From Spirochaetia bacterium (GTDB lineage Bacteria; Spirochaetota; Spirochaetia; DSM-27196; Salinispiraceae): 64,000 nt of DNA. A model generated the notes under the pieces. The model did not search any database, was not told the DNA's origin, and was given only the letters and a program-made list of their open reading frames with translations. Positions 57,357-64,000 of the stretch are shown piece by piece (position 1 is the first letter of the stretch; each line of letters starts with the position of its first letter). The stretch is taken from positions 64,001 through 128,000 of the forward strand of contig JBBRCZ010000005.1 in the NCBI GenBank assembly GCA_038204425.1, in the 5' to 3' direction. Position numbers and translations under genes: made by a program.

Positions 57357-58606
57357 TTTAACATAAACTCATCGCGGAAACGATCAGTATGATCAACATT
57401 GACATCACCATCTTTCTCTGGTAGTGCACTCAAGAAACTGGTAACAAATACTTGTGTAGCTACGTCCAAAAAGGCAGCCAATGAGATCAAAAGCGGCGCT
57501 ACTGGCTGTAGAATGAGATAGCGTTCTCCCTGCCCAAACCAAGCACTTAGAAGCGAGATGCTCACCATAACTCCAGCACCGGGAACGCTTCCCATCATAA
57601 AGCTCACCATGGCGCTGGTAACGACCACACCAATAAAAAGCAAAAATGAGATTTCGGTGCCGGCATGTGACCGAACAATAAGAATGAATGCGATGGTACT
57701 AATCATTGCTGTACCGGCTCGACCAAGAATGCTTGCAAAGGGGTAAAACCACTGCCATGAACGTCTCGACAAAGCGTATTCGTCCTTGGCGTTTTGAATT
57801 AATATACCAAGCGAGACAAACTGACTACCAGAAAAAAATCCTACCAGACCCGAGCCAAGGAAGTGTTTTAACCATACATAAGGTCTTTTTACTTTGGCAA
57901 CCGTATACATTAAAAATGGGAAAACACCAGCTAACAAAATCGTCACCAAAATCAAGATGACTGCTAACAATTGTAAGAAGAAGCCGGGAGCCGGTATCTG
58001 GCGAATCATGACAACACGTGCCGATGCGACAAAAATAAGACCAAACATTAGCACGTTAACTATACCGGTGTTTATTGTTTGTAGGATTCGTGACATAGAA
58101 TCGAAGAGGTCCAAAGTCGGTTTGATGCCTGTTTTTTGTTTGTGCATTCCATAACCAAGCACGATGCCCAAGGCCAGTGCTGCTATAAGAAAGGAAGAAG
58201 GACCTGCAAGATTTTTGAGTACGTTCTCGCCAAAAATCGTTTTTACGAAAGTAAAAAAGTTGGGTGGATCAAGGGCCAACGACTCTTCATTCATGATTGG
58301 AATTCGATCGGGTGAAAAGAGAACAACCCCGAGCCCGCCAAGTAATGACATGGCAAAGGCAGTTACTAAAACCAAAGCTAAACCTCTAAAAACAAAGGAG
58401 AACCCGCCCTTTTCTTGTTTTAGCTCATAGGTGTTGGTAACTGTTTGGCACAAGACGAGTGGTATCAAAAGCCAAGTGCCAAGGCTGACAATGACTTCGC
58501 TAAAAGCGCCGAGAATTTTTAAGGTATCGCCACCCCCGAGTGGCAACACTACACCGGTCACAATGCCAATTGATGAAAAAATAATCGCCTTGACCCAAAG
58601 TTTCAT
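57353..58606 (-). CDS. Dicarboxylate/amino acid:cation symporter family protein (divergent)
   Basis: MKLWVK start, multi-TM, GSVPGAG, LAAFLD. Confidence 0.75.
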   Translation of the reverse strand: MKLWVKAIIFSSIGIVTGVVLPLGGGDTLKILGAFSEVIVSLGTWLLIPLVLCQTVTNTYELKQEKGGFSFVFRGLALVLVTAFAMSLLGGLGVVLFSPDRIPIMNEESLALDPPNFFTFVKTIFGENVLKNLAGPSSFLIAALALGIVLGYGMHKQKTGIKPTLDLFDSMSRILQTINTGIVNVLMFGLIFVASARVVMIRQIPAPGFFLQLLAVILILVTILLAGVFPFLMYTVAKVKRPYVWLKHFLGSGLVGFFSGSQFVSLGILIQNAKDEYALSRRSWQWFYPFASILGRAGTAMISTIAFILIVRSHAGTEISFLLFIGVVVTSAMVSFMMGSVPGAGVMVSISLLSAWFGQGERYLILQPVAPLLISLAAFLDVATQVFVTSFLSALPEKDGDVNVDHTDRFRDEFMLN

Positions 58607-58628
58607 GCTTAACCCTTTTTTAGTTTCA

Positions 58629-59285
58629 CTAACGACCGATGCCAAATATTCCGGACTTTCCGGTAAACTTGTGCCACTTGCCTCGGCTACGGGCGTTGTT
58701 TTCGTCAATGGTTTGAAGAACGAACTCCGCTATCTGCCTGTTTTGGTTCAATTTGGTTGAAATTCCCCGGATAGTAAACTCATCTTGTTCGTATTGCAAA
58801 AACATAGACTCTGCGAGTTTTTCAAAGGCACCGTCGAGAATTGCTTCCATAGGTGAGAGAATATCAGGACCGGTATTGTGGGACAAAAAGGTGATACTGC
58901 CTTTTCTTCTTGCCGAAAAATGTTGCACAAGTTCTTTCAGTAAAAAAATATAACCCTTGCAGTCGTAGTCGAGTCGTTCTTCTATGTCACCAGAAGAAAG
59001 GTCATGGACGGGCGTCTTGAGGTTGCGCGGTGTATGAATGATTATGGCGTGATCTATATCCAAATCTTGATTTGCAGCTTGCAACATCACAAATCGAGCT
59101 GATATCGGAGACCGGCGATTCCACTCGACATACTTGAGACCATCTTCTAAGCCAACCGGAATGGGCGCAAGTTCTGTGCCAGGGTCATTGGTGAGTAAGA
59201 CCTTTCTTTTTTGAGAAAGAGCTTCGTGGGCTAGATCAGTGTTAAGTTTTGAAGGGTTGCCAGCGATTAAAATGGTCGTTTCCAT
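58629..59285 (-). CDS. SDR-like Rossmann-fold hypothetical protein (no catalytic motif)
   Basis: TILIAG start, RKGSITF, IRG; lacks GxxxGxG and YxxxK. Confidence 0.6.
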   Translation of the reverse strand: METTILIAGNPSKLNTDLAHEALSQKRKVLLTNDPGTELAPIPVGLEDGLKYVEWNRRSPISARFVMLQAANQDLDIDHAIIIHTPRNLKTPVHDLSSGDIEERLDYDCKGYIFLLKELVQHFSARRKGSITFLSHNTGPDILSPMEAILDGAFEKLAESMFLQYEQDEFTIRGISTKLNQNRQIAEFVLQTIDENNARSRGKWHKFTGKSGIFGIGR

Positions 59286-59508
59286 GGTAGTGAGAGTCTA
59301 TAGGTGCAGGCTAGGTACGGTCAAGGATTTTGCAGATATAAAGCCAGTTAGCCGATCCTTGTTGTGGCAATAACGTAGATTTTTGGATCTCTATTGTAAA
59401 AAAGCCAGACTTGGTATAAAACTGCACATCCGATAAGAGCATTAGGTTTCTTGCTTCCACGCTTGCGATTACAAGACAAGCGACGTACTATTAAGACAGA
59501 CGGAAAAA

Positions 59509-60606
59509 ATGGCTAAAGCGCAACGAGGAAAAATTGACATTCCCATGAAGGTAGTTTTTACCGAAGATGGGGTTATTTATTTCACGTCTCAGAACAAAAA
59601 GATAAGCCGTTTTAAGCTTTCTGATGGCGCTGAAGAATATGGCATCCAAGTAGTGGATTTTTCGCCAGCTACTATTCAAAGAATGCAACTCTTGGGCTAT
59701 ATCAACAAGTTTGAACTGCCCGCAAATGACATTCTGCAAAAACGCAAAGAGTTTATTGACTTGGTAAAGCTATTGACTTATGGCATGCTTTACCGGCAGT
59801 TTGACACTACAGTTTTTGATGCGCTAGTGGAATCCGAACTAATCAAAACGTGGAATCGACATAACGTAAAGAACCCGATAGATCACAAAACTCGTATCAA
59901 CAATCAAGTCTTGTCAAACTTCTTAGAAAAAAACGAAGCGGCCGTCAATGAGATTAAACATTTGGTCCAAGAACCTGTGCTTCGTCGCATAAGCGCCAGC
60001 GAACACCTACAAGAGTCAGAAAAACGTATCCACGGTTTTCTTTCAGAAAAGTTTGTTTCCAACCTAAACTTACTGATTTACTTCATTCTTTCGGTGCACC
60101 ATGGTTCGCCATCTTACTTGCAACTAACGCGAATGATGCAGCAAAAGCTGGCTAACTATATGGATCGCTCGAGCATTCCCGAGTACCTTGCGCTTATGAT
60201 GGTCGAACTAATCACCAGTGTCAAAATGAGTAATGCGGGAGACTCACTCCAAAACTCGATTTTAAAAAATGACGACGAAGAAATTGTAGTCTTGTGCCGC
60301 ATAAGCAAAAAGAAGAACGAACCCGGTGACCGCGGCAAACTTCACTTTATGATTTCTAACCGCAAGTCTGGCTTTGAAAGCATTAAACAACAAATCAATA
60401 GTCGCATTACTACTACTGTAGCAGGAAAAAGTCTTAAGGACTTTTATGAAAGCAACTCGGATATGCAAGAAAGCATGCATCTGGGCTTGTACTACTTATC
60501 TTACCTTAATGAAGCATGCCGAAAAGTGAACATAAATTTTGAGTCGTTTATAAATCGAAACGAACGCGACAACCAAACTCTGATTCATTTGATTCTGTCC
60601 TTTTGA
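59509..60606 (+). CDS. Hypothetical cytoplasmic protein
   Basis: 365-aa ORF with TTGCGA-N17-TACTAT promoter at 59463-59491. Confidence 0.8.
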   Translation: MAKAQRGKIDIPMKVVFTEDGVIYFTSQNKKISRFKLSDGAEEYGIQVVDFSPATIQRMQLLGYINKFELPANDILQKRKEFIDLVKLLTYGMLYRQFDTTVFDALVESELIKTWNRHNVKNPIDHKTRINNQVLSNFLEKNEAAVNEIKHLVQEPVLRRISASEHLQESEKRIHGFLSEKFVSNLNLLIYFILSVHHGSPSYLQLTRMMQQKLANYMDRSSIPEYLALMMVELITSVKMSNAGDSLQNSILKNDDEEIVVLCRISKKKNEPGDRGKLHFMISNRKSGFESIKQQINSRITTTVAGKSLKDFYESNSDMQESMHLGLYYLSYLNEACRKVNINFESFINRNERDNQTLIHLILSF

Positions 60607-60664
60607 CTACAATGGCTTGCGGACTGCTTGAAGAAGCAGGGCATTAGTTTTAGAATGAGGAAGC

Positions 60665-62359
60665 ATGCATTTTTCGTCAGCTTCGTCTGAATTTAGGCAT
60701 AGTATCCGTACCTACCTCAATCACATAGTCGGATACGCTGACATTCTTATTGCCGATGCCCGTGAGTACGACAAGATAGAGTTTGTGCCAGCAGTTAACC
60801 AGCTTTTGCAGAATGCTGATGTAGTCAAACGTTTGATCTATTTTCACTTTGATCTTAACGATCTAAGCGGACAGGGTTCTACCTCAAAAGACATTAGAAA
60901 AGTGCTCTTTCAGCCTTTAATGCTACTTATCGGTGATACGCGCAAGTTGCTGCTCTTGTTTAGGCAGAGCGGAAAACAGTTTGTTAGAGACACCGAACAC
61001 CTGCTGAGTGAAGCCAATAAACTGCATGATCTGGTGGAATCAGAACTAATTGACCTAGAACTTCGCGAGTTGAGCACCCAACAAGAAAGCTCCACCTTCA
61101 ACAAACCGATTGCTGATGGCGGAGCTGAAGTCGAGATTGAGAAGTTGCCCTCAAGCCTTACTATTGTCCCTGATGAGAGCATCGAGGGCAGACGCGCAAA
61201 GATACCAGGCAGAATTCTCGTTATTGACGACAGTCCAGTCTATCATCGACTTATCAAGTTTCATCTAGAAGCACTTGGACACAAAGTTATCTGTTTTGAG
61301 AAAGTACTACCTGCTATAGAATTGCTCGAGTCCTCTCCCGAGGCTTTTGATATCATCATTTTGGATATTTTGATGCCGGACATGAGTGGCGCACACGCTC
61401 TAAAATTTCTGAAGCAACATGACACCTTGTACAAAATCCCCGTCATAATGATGTCGTCACTGGCGGATCCATCTGGTGTAGCGCGATGTATTCAATTGGG
61501 TGCTGAAGACTACATTCCAAAGGATTTTGACGTAATAATTCTTTGTGCGCGCCTAGATGCCTGTATGGAAAAAAAGCGTCTTCATGAGCAGCAGGCAATA
61601 TTTATTCAAGCCTTAATGCAGAGCAAACTCGACTTGGCTAACGAGCTTTCGGATGCGGCCGAATATATCGTCAGCCTGCTACCCCAGGCCTTAAAACAGA
61701 ATCCGGTCGCCAGTCTTGCCCTGATACCTTCTGCTCAGCTTGGCGGAGATTTCTGTGCCTACCATTGGCTCGATGAGAACAAACTCGCAATCTACCTACT
61801 AGATATTAGCGGACATGGTATTCGATCATCACTTCTTGCGGTAAGTATTTCCAATCTTATCCTTAACCGTGGCTTGTCCAACGTAGATTTTGGCGATCCT
61901 GGCTCAGTAGTGAATGGAATCAATCGCGCTTTTCAAAACGAAAAAGCTTACAGTTTGTTTTTTAGCTTCTGGTATGGCGTCTATGACAAAAAAACCAACC
62001 ATCTTGTCTACTCGAGCGGTGGAAGTCCTCCGGCTTGTGTGGTAAAAAAGTCGCAACCCGACCAAATTCTAGAACTGGAATCAGGCGATCTGGTCTTAGG
62101 AGCTGACGAAGGCTATGCCTATCCAAAGTACACTGTAGACCTAGAACCCGGTGACAAGCTCTATATCTATAGCGACGGTCTTTTTGAGATCAGTAAACCC
62201 AACGGAAGATCACTTGGTTTGGCAGAGTTTCACAACTTAATCGCCCTACAAAAAGGAAACCCCGAAGAAGACATCAACAACCTTATTCAATCGGTGCTTG
62301 CTCTTACTATGAGCGACGTTTTTGAGGACGACATTAGCATTATTTCTCTCCAGGTTTGA
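60665..62359 (+). CDS. HisKA-like + receiver + PP2C/SpoIIE (RsbU-like) phosphatase
   Basis: RHSIRTYLNHIVGYA; ILVIDD, ILDILMP and DYIPK; LGGDF, DISGHG, YSDGL and EDDISI. Confidence 0.92.
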   Translation: MHFSSASSEFRHSIRTYLNHIVGYADILIADAREYDKIEFVPAVNQLLQNADVVKRLIYFHFDLNDLSGQGSTSKDIRKVLFQPLMLLIGDTRKLLLLFRQSGKQFVRDTEHLLSEANKLHDLVESELIDLELRELSTQQESSTFNKPIADGGAEVEIEKLPSSLTIVPDESIEGRRAKIPGRILVIDDSPVYHRLIKFHLEALGHKVICFEKVLPAIELLESSPEAFDIIILDILMPDMSGAHALKFLKQHDTLYKIPVIMMSSLADPSGVARCIQLGAEDYIPKDFDVIILCARLDACMEKKRLHEQQAIFIQALMQSKLDLANELSDAAEYIVSLLPQALKQNPVASLALIPSAQLGGDFCAYHWLDENKLAIYLLDISGHGIRSSLLAVSISNLILNRGLSNVDFGDPGSVVNGINRAFQNEKAYSLFFSFWYGVYDKKTNHLVYSSGGSPPACVVKKSQPDQILELESGDLVLGADEGYAYPKYTVDLEPGDKLYIYSDGLFEISKPNGRSLGLAEFHNLIALQKGNPEEDINNLIQSVLALTMSDVFEDDISIISLQV

Positions 62360-64000
62360 CGTCCTTCTTTTTGACTGGTTTTGCCCTTTTGCTAGATATG
62401 CTAATTTGAGCCTTTAGTTCGTCAAACTTATAGTCTGACTTTTCCATCAGCTTTAACCACTCATGGTTTCGTTGAACTATCGATTGCATGTGTTCTGGAT
62501 CAAACTCACTCTTGTCAATCAAGATCCAAATGCTTGACCACCAAACCAAATCAATAAATCGCTCACGATTGAACCATCGCACGCCGTCGTAGTAGTTAAC
62601 TTGTAAGAACTCTTGCAATTCCATGTACGTCAGTGCGTCCAAAATATCGACGTTTTTGTGAGCTTCATTTTGCCCGCTGGGGATCATGCTCAAAACGACT
62701 GACAATGGACCTACTTGATAGCGGAAGTCACCGATCTGAGCAACTTTATACTGCAAACCCCACTCTTCGTTTTCTTCACCAAGACAGTTTAATAGGATCA
62801 TGCAAATAACTCGATAGCAAGCATCGGTCTTCTCTACTTGATCTAGAATATAGTGAGCGGCCTTCTTCAATTTGGCTTCTGTCTTGGGTGAATCCAAGTT
62901 CTTGAGGGAATCAAACAAAGTGCAGAAGTTTTTGAAGCGACTTTCAAACTTTTCTGGTATCTGAAGATAGCGACTTTGGTCTGGGCTGTAGGAAGATGTC
63001 TGCTCAATAAAGGCATGCAAGCCGGCGCTGAACAGGTCAAATTCTTCTTGGCTTCGTTTTACATTGTGAACCAGGTCCAGTGCTGCTTTCCACCACTCGG
63101 GTCCAAGTGTTTTGGCAAAACTATCATAGATTGGACCGAGCACAAGTTCTTTAATTGCCTCTTGGATGTCCTGAGTGCCAGCACCGCCAAGATGATCGTG
63201 CAGCTGTCTATAGTGCCGATAAGCATTGTCAGCTACTTCGTTGATCTCAAGATAGATCTGACTTTGGTAGCCGTTGAGGATAATGCCGAGTCCGTGTTCA
63301 CAAATATCACTAGAACGACGAATATACCAAAGATTACTGCGTTGCTCTCGCATCAGACAGTAAGAATCTTGGTCGTTTTTAAGTCCAAGCCCCTCACCCA
63401 GATTGGTCTGAATCGACTGTTTATCGGTACCGCCGGTTTTTTGTGCGTAGGGGACCGAAATCTTGATCGTGCCTTGGGCAGCCTCATAATTGTTGTTGTA
63501 AAGTATTAGACAGCGTTCTGGCCCAAAAGTATTGCTGTAGGCAAAAACATTTTCGTTGACCGACCCGTCAAAACCATTGAGGTCATAGATATAGAAGCTA
63601 TCCACTCCTGCAAACAGATAGCGCTTCTTCAAGAGAGGGAATATTTCGCGGTAGTGGCGTTCGATGAGATTTTGGTCTTCGGATTCTTCTTTATAGGCGC
63701 GGCGATACTCCATGCCATATTTTTCGGTGTAGCCTTCAATTTGGCCGTGCCCAAACATCGGTAGTCCTGGCATAGTTGCCATCAAGGTACACACACCAAA
63801 ATACTTGTCGCCCTTGCCAAACTGAGCTTCTGCAGTTTCTTCATCAGGGTTATTCATAAAGTTGACAAAACGCTTGAGAATATCTTTGTCAAAAGAGATA
63901 GTATTTTTGATAGTTTGACGATACTTGGCATTCTCTTCGGCTTTGAGCATATTCATAAAGGCCGAATTATATACACGATGCATACCCAGAGTGCGCACAA
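62340..64000 (-). CDS. Alpha-amylase (GH13) family protein, C-terminal part (runs off the right edge)
   Basis: RTLGMHRVYNSAFM, FMNNPDEETA and PGLPMFGHGQ. Confidence 0.8.
   Translation of the reverse strand, partial: VRTLGMHRVYNSAFMNMLKAEENAKYRQTIKNTISFDKDILKRFVNFMNNPDEETAEAQFGKGDKYFGVCTLMATMPGLPMFGHGQIEGYTEKYGMEYRRAYKEESEDQNLIERHYREIFPLLKKRYLFAGVDSFYIYDLNGFDGSVNENVFAYSNTFGPERCLILYNNNYEAAQGTIKISVPYAQKTGGTDKQSIQTNLGEGLGLKNDQDSYCLMREQRSNLWYIRRSSDICEHGLGIILNGYQSQIYLEINEVADNAYRHYRQLHDHLGGAGTQDIQEAIKELVLGPIYDSFAKTLGPEWWKAALDLVHNVKRSQEEFDLFSAGLHAFIEQTSSYSPDQSRYLQIPEKFESRFKNFCTLFDSLKNLDSPKTEAKLKKAAHYILDQVEKTDACYRVICMILLNCLGEENEEWGLQYKVAQIGDFRYQVGPLSVVLSMIPSGQNEAHKNVDILDALTYMELQEFLQVNYYDGVRWFNRERFIDLVWWSSIWILIDKSEFDPEHMQSIVQRNHEWLKLMEKSDYKFDELKAQISISSKRAKPVKKKDVKPGEK

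Noticed and set aside
59338..59436. Two TAAA...CCGAT sigma28-like motifs
   Set aside because: The spacer is 8 nt instead of about 15, and a good sigma70 promoter lies at 59463-59491.
238..63509. Many antisense or alternate-frame ORFs in the track (e.g. 22919-23395, 39876-40568, 44048-44638, 62976-63509)
   Set aside because: They are shadows of well-supported genes and show no family motifs.
1..64000. CRISPR arrays, tRNA/rRNA, IS elements, prophage or defence genes
   Set aside because: I found no periodic repeat-spacer pattern, cloverleaf or rRNA signature, or transposase/integrase motif by eye. A short RNA gene could have been missed.

Overview
This is a gene-dense chromosomal window from a probably free-living spirochaete (Spirochaetia). 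The assignment rests on the STAS-zinc-ribbon protein, DUF2259, FapA, the Asp-type MurA and the archaeal/eukaryotic-type ProRS. About 55 CDSs are supported. They include an Mrp/Mnh cation:proton antiporter operon running off the left edge, ahcY, glyA behind a ZMP/ZTP riboswitch, pyrC-hisA-hisE, aspartate kinase-thrC, murA, rsmE, ctpA, lgt, rpmG-rpmB (rpmG is missing from the ORF track), pntAB, proS, several cyclic-nucleotide and two-component signalling genes, and a partial GH13 gene at the right edge. I saw no rRNA, tRNA, CRISPR array, transposase or phage gene. The best candidate for an undescribed system is the Mrp operon. It has a PTS EIIA gene and a PII-like gene translationally coupled into its middle, plus a domain-permuted MnhB/MbhE subunit. 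Other notable items are a DnaA-box cluster with no dnaA nearby, a PEPCK-like DUF4914 protein, a LOG-family nucleotidase behind the ZTP riboswitch, an LptF/G-topology gene pair, a sigma54 promoter with an upstream palindrome, a duplicated RBS/ATG upstream of proS and a multi-hairpin element after ahcY. All family calls come from recognising motifs by eye; no database searches were run. Many start codons were moved from the ORF-track start to a more plausible one.
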